Virus record (IMG/VR): IMGVR_UViG_3300033066_001794
Length of the DNA: 64,000 nt
Direction: 5' to 3' (one strand)
From: an uncultured virus (IMG/VR IMGVR_UViG_3300033066_001794)
Lineage: Duplodnaviria > Heunggongvirae > Uroviricota > Caudoviricetes
The position numbers and the translations under genes were made by a program. The notes under the pieces were generated by a model, which worked only from the letters and a program-made list of their open reading frames with translations, ran no database searches and was not told the origin of the DNA. Of this stretch, positions 1 through 9,413 are shown in pieces. Positions within the stretch are counted from its first letter, which is position 1, and each line of letters begins with the position of its first letter.

Positions 1-340
1 TTTCTTCATAGTCGGCACCATCATTTTCTATACCCCATTTTGTGCTTAAGGGATAAGTTCTTATGAATGCTTCGGCTATTTCATAGTAGTAGTCAAATGA
101 TGCAAATATAGTAGCGTTATCAATAATGTTAGTCCATGTTAAGAAGCTACAAATAAAAGCTACCTCCTTTGCATACATATTGGATATATATTGGTTTATC
201 ATCCCCTCAAGTTCGTACTCATCTGGTTCGTAGTTGTATGGTAATAAGTTTGTTTTTAGAAATTCGGATTTATCCAGACCGGACATACTATTCCAGTATT
301 CCTGAGCTTCTTTTGAATTTAGATTCATATATTTTAGTTA

Positions 341-595
341 TTAGTGGCAAGGCTGAAAGACAACATCAACTTTACAAACTATCCATCCACATTTCACACA
401 TTCTTCCCAAGTCATACTTGACCCTTCAAGAAATTTGGCTATTGCACCCTTTCGTTGAAAGTGGATAGTTTCTGTTTGTACATCGCCTTTTACATTACCG
501 ATTATCCATTTACCTTTTAAAGTAGAAAGCCCAGCCGATAACAGCTTGTTTTGTGCAATTTGGGCTGAATTGCTAACCTGAACATTTGTATCCAT
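341..595 (-). CDS. hypothetical cassette protein; starts inside attC-like site 1
   Basis: ORF track; N-terminus (AQIAQNKLLSAG) is the reverse translation of the site-1 left arm. Confidence 0.55.
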   Translation of the reverse strand: MDTNVQVSNSAQIAQNKLLSAGLSTLKGKWIIGNVKGDVQTETIHFQRKGAIAKFLEGSSMTWEECVKCGWIVCKVDVVFQPCH

Positions 596-668
596 ATTGA
601 ACTTTTATTTTAAATTGAACATTTGTACTTCTATTTCCCAAACTGCACAAAGCAAGTCATTGTAGGCA
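534..668 (+). repeat. attC-like site 1
   Basis: GATAACA..CTTGTTTTGTGCAATTTGGG ... CCCAAACTGCACAAAGCAAG..CATTGTAGGC imperfect inverted repeat (core G mutated to A). Confidence 0.7.
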
Positions 669-671
669 ATT

Positions 672-890
672 TTAGAACATCCTGCCACTTGGATAAACTT
701 TTACTTCATTCTTGCCTGTCCCATTGCAAAGACGACATCCTTTTCTGTGCGCTTGGTCAGGATAGGTAAACGGATTTGCAGAACCACTACCACCACAACG
801 AACACAAGTAACTGTGTCGTAATAAAAACTGCCTACAACATTGTGTTGCTGCAATAGCGGCTTGACGTTCTTAATTTCAGCTTTTTTCAT
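672..890 (-). CDS. small Zn-finger protein (CxxCxGxG x2); starts inside attC-like site 2
   Basis: CVRCGGSG and CRLCNGTG motifs. Confidence 0.6.
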   Translation of the reverse strand: MKKAEIKNVKPLLQQHNVVGSFYYDTVTCVRCGGSGSANPFTYPDQAHRKGCRLCNGTGKNEVKVYPSGRMF

Positions 891-966
891 ACTATTTTAC
901 TTTTGTTGTTATTTGAACTTTTGTTTTTCAAATGCCGCTACTGACAGCAACACTTCAACGTTATGT
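831..966 (+). repeat. attC-like site 2
   Basis: CTACAACA..GTGTTGCTG-CAATAGCGGC ... GCCGCTACTGACAGCAACAC..CGTTATG, with one unpaired base. Confidence 0.8.
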
Positions 967-972
967 CCCATT

Positions 973-1152
973 TTAAAGACCGAACCTACTACAACCAAAT
1001 GTAGTTTTTTCCCCATCATCATCTATTAACCAAAAATTTGACCCTTCGACATCAATGATTAGATATTCATTACCAACTTTTACATTTGGATTTCCGAATC
1101 TAAGTTGTGGCATTTCTTTTAATTCAAGTTTTTGCCCTATATATTTTTTCAT
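973..1152 (-). CDS. hypothetical 59-aa cassette protein (not in ORF track)
   Basis: Manual translation MKKYIGQKLELKEMPQLRFGNPNVKVGNEYLIIDVEG...; fills the space between sites 2 and 3. Confidence 0.55.
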   Translation of the reverse strand: MKKYIGQKLELKEMPQLRFGNPNVKVGNEYLIIDVEGSNFWLIDDDGEKTTFGCSRFGL

Positions 1153-1180
1153 AATTTAAAGATTTGTGAAGAAAAACAGC

Positions 1181-1312
1181 CCCTAACAACACCTACCCAA
1201 AATTGGCGGTGTAGTGCTAAAATGAACTGTTGTGCTTCGGTTAAACGTTTATTTAAGTTTGAAATTTTGTGCTTCGTAATCGCCAACTTCGATTAGTTGC
1301 AAAACGTTAGAG
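1181..1312 (+). repeat. attC-like site 3
   Basis: CCCTAACA..CTACCCAAAATTGGCG ... CGCCAACTTCGATTAG..CGTTAGAG. Confidence 0.8.
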
Positions 1313-1318
1313 GTAATA

Positions 1319-1735
1319 CTACTTGACTGCATACAAAGTGAACGTTATTACATATTGAAAATCATCTCCAAAATCTTCATCATCTAAATACTCGCATTGT
1401 GGATTTAACTTACCAATATATTTACCCCATTTATGCCATCTCCAACCTCCCCCCTTTCCTTTATTTTCTTTTTCTTGCCAAACAGGTGTTAATGCTAAAC
1501 AATATTTTTTATACTTCAGCCCGCTATCACATTTAGGACAAATATCATTCCTACCAATTTTAGGTTCAATTCTTACATCCACCGGTTTACCTTTTGGTAA
1601 TTTTTTCTTTTGATAAAAAGATTCCGGTAGATAAGGATTAGTAAAAGAATATCTTTTTCCCATTTGTATATATGCGTCAAGTTGTGATTTGTAGTCAGGA
1701 TTCACAGATGCATTAGATACCTCTTCATTTATCAT
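1319..1735 (-). CDS. SEC-C motif protein
   Basis: KIGRNDICPKCDSGLKYKKYC resembles the SEC-C metal-binding motif. Confidence 0.6.
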   Translation of the reverse strand: MINEEVSNASVNPDYKSQLDAYIQMGKRYSFTNPYLPESFYQKKKLPKGKPVDVRIEPKIGRNDICPKCDSGLKYKKYCLALTPVWQEKENKGKGGGWRWHKWGKYIGKLNPQCEYLDDEDFGDDFQYVITFTLYAVK

Positions 1736-1817
1736 AAATATTGGATTTTAACTGAATATTATTTCTTGAACATCTTTTTCGTCAAATGACAAATTATTAT
1801 GTAAATCTGAATTAGAA

Positions 1818-1955
1818 TTAAATAATCCTCCGAGAGTTTTCGACAAGTTTTTTAAGTTCGTCCTGAATAAAGTTTTTAAGGTCTTTATTCGATTTTACTG
1901 CAAGTATTTTTAGTTCTTGCAGTATTTCGTTTGGTATGTCAATAATCTTTTTCAT
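1818..1955 (-). CDS. 45-aa RHH/CopG-like protein (not in ORF track), paralog of 3575-3742
   Basis: MKKIIDIPNEILQELKILAVKSNKDLKNFIQDEL vs MKKLIDIPEEIVKDLKKMAIDADKDLKNFIQDHL; ATG overlaps the stop of 1955..2176. Confidence 0.6.
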   Translation of the reverse strand: MKKIIDIPNEILQELKILAVKSNKDLKNFIQDELKKLVENSRRII

Positions 1956-2176
1956 TATGCGATTTCGTGCTTAAAACCAACCCAAACACCGTCTATATTT
2001 TGACCTCTGTTTTCTAATTCTCTTTTTGCAAGTTCTTGTAAGTTTATTTCACCTTTTGCAATTTTAGAAAGTAATTCTGTAGCTGTTAAACTTAATATAA
2101 AAGCAGGGTTTAATTCGTCTTTAACTGTGCCAGCTTGTGCTTTTTCGTTCCAGTCTTTCATTTCTTTGCGTGTCAT
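1955..2176 (-). CDS. hypothetical protein
   Basis: ORF track; promoter-like region upstream. Confidence 0.6.
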   Translation of the reverse strand: MTRKEMKDWNEKAQAGTVKDELNPAFILSLTATELLSKIAKGEINLQELAKRELENRGQNIDGVWVGFKHEIA

Positions 2177-2300
2177 AATCTTATGTTTTATTTGTTATTA
2201 ATTATGAAGTAAAGATATATAATATATACTAGATATACAAGTAAAAAGCGATTTATTTTTAAATTATTTTACTTTTGATTGAATATCAAACAAATACGGC

Positions 2301-2430
2301 TTATAACACGTGGTATAAAACAGTTGGGGGTTAGTGGTATTTGGTAGTTTGTAGCCCGTATCAAACTTTTTATTGGAGGATAGTGCAACACTTCGCACTC
2401 CCAACCGATTTCATACCACCACCGTTAGCT
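2301..2430 (+). repeat. attC-like site 4
   Basis: TTATAACACGTGGTATAAAACAGTTGGG ... CCCAACCGATTTCATACCAC..CGTTAGCT. Confidence 0.85.
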
Positions 2431-2458
2431 TCAATATTTTTAACCCTCCAACGCACAG

Positions 2459-2761
2459 TTAAGACATCCATCTCATTCCACTTCCAATGTGTTTAAGTTT
2501 TCCATCTTCCATTGTAAATCTTTCTGAACTTCCTCTTCCTGAAAGCACTGCTATATTTTCGGAAGAAAACTCAAAAATATTCGGCTCTAATTCTTTAAAG
2601 TCAAGTATTGTCCAAATACCATATCTTCTGCCTTCCGAATATTTTTCATGTATCTGCTCAATCGTCAGCCCATCATGTTCTTTTTTATATTTGTCCAATA
2701 TTAGCCGAAATATGTTTTCGTTTTTCTTGGCACATTCAATGTAATTCTGTTTCAATTTCAT
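2459..2761 (-). CDS. hypothetical cassette protein
   Basis: ORF track; single ORF between sites 4 and 5. Confidence 0.65.
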   Translation of the reverse strand: MKLKQNYIECAKKNENIFRLILDKYKKEHDGLTIEQIHEKYSEGRRYGIWTILDFKELEPNIFEFSSENIAVLSGRGSSERFTMEDGKLKHIGSGMRWMS

Positions 2762-2823
2762 TTTGTTTATTTTTAGTTATTAAGGTTTATTCAGTCCTTC
2801 GCTAAAAGGGTTAAAAATACTAA

Positions 2824-2877
2824 AGCTAACACAGTATTTGCGCCATTAAAACGAGCGCAAATACCCGTCCGTTATGC
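2824..2877 (+). repeat. attC-like site 5 (short type, CATTAAAACG loop)
   Basis: AGCTAACACAGTATTTGCGC-CATTAAAACGA-GCGCAAATAC..CGTTATGC. Confidence 0.85.
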
Positions 2878-2884
2878 GTAATGG

Positions 2885-3403
2885 CTACCATCCATCCATT
2901 ACATAAGTTATCTTGCAATCGCCAACAAAACCCTTTTGATAATGTAGGCAGCCGACAGGAAATCCAAAAGCAAATCCGTGTTTACTTCCACCTCCCATAT
3001 ATACAATCTCTTTCAATCCTCCGTAGTTAATAACCATTTGCTGTATCTTATTGCTTTTGAAAGCTTTTGCAATCGGAACAAAAAACACAACGTTATCAGC
3101 AACTGAAAATGCTTTTTGAAGAAACAAATCGTAAATACTGTACGGTGGGTTTGTAATTATCCAATCTACTTTTTTATCCCACTCTAAAAAATCAATACCA
3201 TCAGTTATTTCACATCGGTATTTTTCCTCGTTCTGAAATAGGTTATAAAAAGCATTTTCACCAGCAGCAGGTTCTAATATTGAGCCTCTTGGTTTAAAAT
3301 AATCTACAATCCATTTAGCTGTTGTATTTTTTGTAAATACACTATCAGCAGCAGTTGCCTTTTCTGTTTTGTTTGGTTTTGTTGGTATTCCTTTTCTACT
3401 CAT
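2885..3403 (-). CDS. putative amino (N6-adenine/N4-cytosine) DNA methyltransferase
   Basis: SAM-binding ILEPAAGENAF and catalytic TNPPY motifs. Confidence 0.8.
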   Translation of the reverse strand: MSRKGIPTKPNKTEKATAADSVFTKNTTAKWIVDYFKPRGSILEPAAGENAFYNLFQNEEKYRCEITDGIDFLEWDKKVDWIITNPPYSIYDLFLQKAFSVADNVVFFVPIAKAFKSNKIQQMVINYGGLKEIVYMGGGSKHGFAFGFPVGCLHYQKGFVGDCKITYVMDGW

Positions 3404-3431
3404 AATTTCTTGTTATTAAACCACCACATAC

Positions 3432-3562
3432 GCATAACACGTGGTATAGTTAATTGGGGGGTTTCTGCGTTATTTATCATTATATCATTTTATTAAGTTT
3501 GTGCTCGGTCGATAGGTTGTCGGTATCTAATCCCCAACTAACCATACCACAATACGTTATGC
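3432..3562 (+). repeat. attC-like site 6
   Basis: GCATAACACGTGGTATAGTTAATTGGGG ... CCCCAACTAACCATACCAC..CGTTATGC. Confidence 0.85.
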
Positions 3563-3574
3563 CCCATTGCTACC

Positions 3575-3742
3575 TTACCGCTTCGACTTGACATTTGTGG
3601 AAGTTTTTTGTTCTTTTTTCTCCGCACGCACAAGTAAAACTAAATGGTCTTGAATGAAGTTTTTAAGGTCTTTATCTGCATCAATAGCCATCTTCTTTAA
3701 GTCTTTGACTATTTCTTCGGGTATATCAATTAGCTTTTTCAT
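3575..3742 (-). CDS. RHH/CopG-like small DNA-binding protein
   Basis: Paralog of 1818..1955; likely start at MKKLIDIP. Confidence 0.55.
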   Translation of the reverse strand: MKKLIDIPEEIVKDLKKMAIDADKDLKNFIQDHLVLLVRAEKKEQKTSTNVKSKR

Positions 3743-4161
3743 TTGCGATTGCTTCAAGTTCTTTTCTTGTTATAAAAATGGTTGTTTCTATTGGGAATGG
3801 TATATCAAACGGTCTGTATTCTCTAATTATTTTACGTTTCCCACATCTACACTCGTACACTATATCCCTTGTATTAAAAGAAACATACATACTTTTGATT
3901 GGTTTTGAGAAGCTACAAACGTGTAGCCTCTCAAATATTTTTTTAATCCAACTCATATTATCCAAATAAAAGGGTTACGGTTAATTTTGGAGTTACTTCC
4001 ACAAAGTGATTATATCTTGGGTATTCTGTAATGCTTTCAACTGCACTATCCCATTCCTGCATCGTGCATCCTGTAAATTCTAAGGTAATTTTACCTTCCA
4101 TTCCAGTCAATTCAGCTACTTTCTGAATCTTTGCGAGTTTGTTTAAAATTTGCTTTTTCAT
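3726..4161 (-). CDS. two overlapping hypothetical ORFs (3726-3965, 3958-4161)
   Basis: ORF track; coupled start/stop; TATATTTG promoter near 4184-4191. Confidence 0.55.
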
Positions 4162-4303
4162 TTCTTATCTGTTTTGTTGATACAAATATACATAGTATAT
4201 ATGATATACACAAGAAAAAAGTAAAATATTTTTACCCACCCACAAAAAAGAACAAAAAAACCTTGCTTCGATTGAAGTTTTCTGCTAAATAACCGCAACG
4301 AGT

Positions 4304-4396
4304 GCATAACACGGGTTTGGCAAAAGTGGGCATAAACATTCTGCTAAAGTTGAGCATCCTACAAGCCCACCTTCGCCAAGCCCGAAAACGTTATAA
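4304..4396 (+). repeat. attC-like site 7
   Basis: GCATAACACGGGTTTGGCAAAAGTGGGC ... GCCCACCTTCGCCAAGCCCG..CGTTATAA. Confidence 0.85.
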
Positions 4397-4402
4397 CCAA
4401 TA

Positions 4403-4669
4403 CTACTTTTGCTCTTCAATTTTAGTTTCTGTGTTAGAACTTTTAAAAAATCTATTGTATAATGTTTCATCTTTCCCACACCAGAATACAAATTCTATAA
4501 AAGTGTAGTGTCTATGTGGATGTGGATGTACACATGCTCTACCTGTTGTTTGACACCAGTGATTTGAATATAGTTCTGCTTCTCTATTAACACCACTACA
4601 TTCCGCTTTTGGTAATTTTAGATATTCTTCATATCCAAGTTTCATTTTTTCTTCAAATTTATTTTCCAT
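4403..4669 (-). CDS. hypothetical cassette protein
   Basis: ORF track; single ORF between sites 7 and 8. Confidence 0.6.
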   Translation of the reverse strand: MENKFEEKMKLGYEEYLKLPKAECSGVNREAELYSNHWCQTTGRACVHPHPHRHYTFIEFVFWCGKDETLYNRFFKSSNTETKIEEQK

Positions 4670-4735
4670 ATTTGTATTTTTTAAAAGTTCTTATTTGTGT
4701 TTCAATTTAAGTTTCTACTAATTTTACCGTACTGG

Positions 4736-4789
4736 TTATAACAGCAAGTAAACCACATTAAAACGATGGTTTACTTGCAACCGTTAGTG
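4736..4789 (+). repeat. attC-like site 8 (short type)
   Basis: TTATAACAGCAAGTAAACCA-CATTAAAACGA-TGGTTTACTTGC..CGTTAGTG. Confidence 0.85.
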
Positions 4790-4857
4790 GCAATTAAATT
4801 ATTAAAAAAGAAAAAGCCCACGCACTCTTTCAGTTTTTTCAAAACTGTGAAAAGGTT

Positions 4858-6485
4858 TTACTTACTACTTTTAAAATGTTTTATCGCATCTTTTACAGCA
4901 TCCTCATACTTTGCAAAGTATTTTTTAGATAAATACTCTTTTTTCCCTTTGTAATACCAAGTGTATTTACCTGTTGCTTCGTTTAAATCTGTATGATAAT
5001 TTTTAGGTAGTTTGTTAATTCCTAATAAATTTTTTATTCCTCTAAATTTTGCCATTTTAGTATTTATTTGATTCGTTTCATTCCATTACATTCAGGGCAT
5101 TGCCAAAGTATATCCTTCTTTGAGTTTTGGTAACTAAACTTTTCTCCGCAATCACATTTAGCAATCATATCATGTCCTGCAATATTTGGTATAATTCCAA
5201 ATTCTTTTGCTGTCCCAAGTGATATAAAACTTCCTTTACTTTTTATTAGCCCACCGCTTTTCATTTTTTTGCTTTCTCCGTAATAATACTCCAACCAATC
5301 ATTTGCTATCTCTTGTAAATCAGTAGATTCGGAATATGGATAAATCATATCTTCTTCCACAACTTGCCCTTCTTCTATTATTAACAACAACGCCTCATTA
5401 ACATCAAATTGTCTTGCATATAAAAAAGCATTTGGTAAACTATGTGTAACTAATCCTTTTTCAAATAACCCATTTTTTTCATCTCCAAAATAAATAGCAT
5501 AATATTTATTTGATTTTTCTATTGATGAATCAAATTGCATATCTATCGCTGCATTATCTCCATCAAAACTAATGTAATTCTTTTTACCTAACCCGTATAT
5601 TAAATTACCGCCAATGTATTCATCCCTAAATTTTTCAGTTATTTTTTTTGTTTGAATAGTGGCATCTTCGGGAAATGGAAATACTCTGCCTTCAAAAACC
5701 CAATATAAATCATTTACTTCTTCAAATTTTTGTGGATGATATTCCATTTCTATACTCATTCCTTTTTGCGGTAAATTTAATACCCACCCTCTTTTTGTCC
5801 CTAATGTAGTTCCTGTTTTTAAATAACCATAGGAATAATATTTTGGTTCTTTAAAATTTGTTCTACCACTTTCGCTAATAATAGTATCATCGTGGTAATC
5901 TCTTAATAAAGTTACTTTTTGATTAAATTTATGACTAAAACTATCAGCCACATAAGGAATAAATCCTTTATATTTTATTGTTAAATTGTTTTTCATTTTA
6001 TTAAAATTTAATATTTTTTCAAATTTACGATTTTTTAAGGTTATGCTCTAATATTTCATTTAGTTTATATAACATATCAGAATAAGCATCATTTACAGGA
6101 TTCCAACATTCTTCGGTATCTAATTTTGCTTTTTTTGATATTTCGTATAATTCTCTTTGTAGCAAATTTAATGCTCCAAACGAGCAGTTTTCAATATTTA
6201 TGTTTATTGTTTCATCGCCAAATTTACCAATACCTTTTTTGTATGTTATCGTAATATCATTCATTATATTATATTTTTGCGTTTAGCTTTTTTAATTTCT
6301 ATGTTCATTTTGTTTTCTAAATTCCTAATCAATACTTTTTTAGCGTATTCCATTGCATCAGTTAAAAGTAGATAGTTAATATGATAGTATCCATTACCTA
6401 TTCTAAAACTCCAGCGTGTTCCATATTGCGATTTAAAAAATACAACATCTTGTTCATTTATTTTAACTTCAATTTCTTTTGCCAT
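4858..6485 (-). CDS. four hypothetical ORFs (4858-5055, 5064-5996, 6025-6264, 6264-6485) in one cassette-like unit
   Basis: ORF track; the 310-aa ORF ends in a CxC..CxxC Zn ribbon. Confidence 0.6.
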
Positions 6486-6539
6486 CGCACCCCTCCTTTT
6501 TTTTCTTTTTTAATAATTTAACTGTAAAGGCTAAAGCCC

Positions 6540-6602
6540 CACTAACACAGGCTAAAACAACATTGCGAAAAGCAACGATTGTTTAGCCCGATACCGTTAG
6601 CT
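6540..6602 (+). repeat. attC-like site 9
   Basis: CACTAACACAGGCTAAAACAA-CATTGCGAAAAGCAACGA-TTGTTTAGCC..CGTTAGCT. Confidence 0.85.
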
Positions 6603-6603
6603 G

Positions 6604-6985
6604 CTATTTTACCGACCACTCCGAAAGTTTAGACTTGACAATTAATTTTAGTTCATCAACTTTTGACAGCGGACACCGAAAAGTAACTGTTTTAGTTTGC
6701 TCTGTGTATTTAGGTTTAGCACCCGACCCTTGCCGAGTTCCTCCACGCTTATTTTTTGCTTTTTTCAAAATATATTCTTTTATCATCATATTGTTGAAAT
6801 CCATGATGAGGTGCTACATGTCTTATTGCAATAAACTTGCCTTTGCTTCGCCACCCATATTCGTGGTCTATATCTTTAAAAAAGAAAAATGCAATTACCT
6901 TACATTCTTTTGCTTCTAATTCAGAAATAGCAGCATCAACTTTATCCCTTAATTTGCCTTTTATTTGTTCTAATTGAATTTTCAT
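6604..6985 (-). CDS. hypothetical ORF (6749-6985) plus RGGxRxGxG RHH-like ORF (6604-6804)
   Basis: RGGTRQGSGAKPKY..TKTVTFRCP motif; TATATTTG promoter at 6990-6997. Confidence 0.55.
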
Positions 6986-7083
6986 ACAGCAAATATAAAA
7001 CCTTTATTTTGATTACGCAAACTATTTCAAAGATGTTTTCAAATTATTTTCTAAAGTGCTGATAACCAACAATAAAAAACAGC

Positions 7084-7164
7084 AGCTAACAGCGGTTTTG
7101 TGCAAGCAACCCGACACACAAACCCACGCTTCGCAGCCTGACACAAAGCCGCAAAACGTTAGCA
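7084..7164 (+). repeat. attC-like site 10
   Basis: AGCTAACAGCGGTTTTGTGCAAGC ... GCCTGACACAAAGCCGC..CGTTAGCA. Confidence 0.85.
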
Positions 7165-7204
7165 AACATTAAAACGGGCTTACGCTCAAAAGCCTTCCGC
7201 ACTT

Positions 7205-7733
7205 TGCTAACACAGTATTGGAAGTAATAAAACAAAAAATGGCTCACGCACTTCATAAAATTTTTCAAATTTTTAAGAGGTTTTATTAAGGTTTATTTTA
7301 TCTAATTGTATTTTTGCCCAATCACGAAATTCATCTACTTTTTTAATTATTCCTTTTTTAAGGTCATTTTCAGAAAAGAAAATATCGGTAGAACTTATTT
7401 CAATTTGCCTTAAATGTTCCCAATTATTTATAGGTAAATTTCTTTCAAAAATATTTATTTCTTTAGCCTCTATTGTGTAAAAAACATCTCCATTCAACAT
7501 ATTTCTTATTCCCACAATAGTTCCTTTATATGGCACAAGTATCGTTCCTGTTTGATAGCTTCTATCAGAAATAAAGTGTCTTTGATTCGGGTCTCGTTCT
7601 TGTTTAAACCCAAATACTTCTTCGTTAAATTTTAATTCTTTATTCATGTTTATAGTTTAAAAAGTGTTAATACTTAGGCTCACACACGCCACATTTTTTT
7701 TGTTTTACTACTCCAATACTCGGTACGTTATTT
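7205..7733 (+). repeat. attC-like site 11, with arms separated by about 450 bp that contain a gene
   Basis: TGCTAACACAGTATTGGAAGTAATAAAACAAAAAATG ... CATTTTTTTTGTTTTACTACTCCAATACT..CGTTAT. Confidence 0.75.
7273..7647 (-). CDS. hypothetical protein nested in the attC-like loop
   Basis: ORF track, 124 aa. Confidence 0.65.
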   Translation of the reverse strand: MNKELKFNEEVFGFKQERDPNQRHFISDRSYQTGTILVPYKGTIVGIRNMLNGDVFYTIEAKEINIFERNLPINNWEHLRQIEISSTDIFFSENDLKKGIIKKVDEFRDWAKIQLDKINLNKTS

Positions 7734-7746
7734 ACAATTTTTAGTG

Positions 7747-9331
7747 CTAATCAAAAATCCACATCTCAAAATCAATAGCCCTCATTTCATCTATATTTTT
7801 AATATCATTTAAAACCTTACTCTCAAAATCTGAAATGTTTTTGTAAATGAATTTCACCCACTTATTTCCGTGCATTACACTCCTTGAATACACTATCATA
7901 CAATAGTCGCCTTCATTTAATTTCTTATCAGTTAATTCGGTAATACATTCATTTATATACGCCTTTATCTTTTCTTGTTCTTCCATAATATAATCTGTTT
8001 TAGCCGTTATGATTCATTGCTCTTCACGCTCATACGCAGATGGTGGTAATTTAATTTGTGTATTCCACTCGTCAACGTGTTCGTTAAATTTAGCTCTTAG
8101 CCCCGTATGGCTTCTTAAAAATGACAACATGCAATCTTCCCACATTTGCCAATCTTTTAGCAACGAATCGCTAACAGGAAGTTGGCGCAATGCTGAAATG
8201 TGCTTCGTAAATAAGCCTAATAAATAAGCTGCTTCTCTTTCTTCAAGCCCTTTGTTTTTGCAAAAGGTATTTAGTTCTTTAAATAGTTCTTCTGTATTCA
8301 CGTTTCTAATTTATTTTATCGTTAATAATTCGCACAACAAAAATTAATCATTATTTATTTCAAATACAACCTCAAACCATTCGTTTTTTAACTTTTCTGA
8401 AAGTTCAAATATCTGTCGTTGAAAATTAGGTGTTTTCAAATCTTCTTCTGTTGCACCTTTAAAGTCAGCAATTTGTGTTGCAAGAACTCCTTTTCCAAGT
8501 TTTTTATCAAAAATTGGAGGATTGTGTTCATCTTTTATTTTAATCGTATATTTAATTTCCATAATTTTTATTTTACATACATAAAAAATAATAAACAGCA
8601 TTAAAACGATTGTTTATCATAAGCCGTTACATGTAAGACTAAACAAGCTCAATCTCCGTGTCGAAATCATATCCGTTTTCTTCATCTAACCAACAACAAT
8701 GTGATTGATGTCCTTTAATGTTTCCGTTCCATTTTACAATAAGTCCATCATCGTATGAGTGTATTTTTACATACACATCTTTTGGAGCATCATTGCCTAT
8801 AAAGTGAAATCTTGCGCCTATTGGAGCATCTTTGAATTTCATTATTATATTTCCCATCGCACCATTAATTATTCTTTTCATTATCATAATAATCAATAAA
8901 TACTTTTTGCACAGCAACTAATGGAATAGCTGATGAATTTGGCTCACAAATACCCATTATTGCACCACCATTTTTTACGCATCTATAAACCTCACCTTGT
9001 TTCATACTTCCTTTAGTACACATTGGACAATTACATTCAGTTTATTTTTTATTATTTTCCATCGCTTTTTTATTTTTTATTAGTCAAATACTCGGAACTT
9101 TACAATCAAACAAAATTAAATTTTTATTCTATTTGAATGTTCATCACACATAAAACAAAGTGTTGGTAATCCTGCTTTCTCGCAACTACATAAGTCACTT
9201 ATTTCTTTTTTAAATTTTCGGACAATTTTATACACTTCATCCTTACTTATGTTATACTTCTGTGCAGTAAACGCAATTCCTGAGTTCAATGCAGTTTCTA
9301 AAATATCATCTTCGTAACTTATGTTTTTCAT
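7747..9331 (-). CDS. run of short hypothetical ORFs (7747-7986, 8014-8301, 8344-8601, 8639-8917, 9116-9331)
   Basis: ORF track; co-oriented, short spacers. Confidence 0.55.
8591..8632 (+). repeat. truncated short-type attC-like site (other half-sites near 8004 and 8169)
   Basis: ATAAACAG-CATTAAAACGA-TTGTTTAT..GCCGTTAC; outer left arm missing. Confidence 0.6.
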
Positions 9332-9413
9332 ATGAAAATTTAATCAATATTTGACCATTGCAAATATAATAACAAATTTAATACTAATTACATAAAAGTT
9401 GCTAACAGGATGA

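Noticed and set aside
534..8632. Hairpins as terminators, REP elements or CRISPR repeats
   Set aside because: No U-tracts, variable sequence, fixed AAC/GTT cores and gene-sized spacing fit attC better.
9400..9412. GCTAACAGG as another attC left arm
   Set aside because: No complementary arm or CGTTA partner found.
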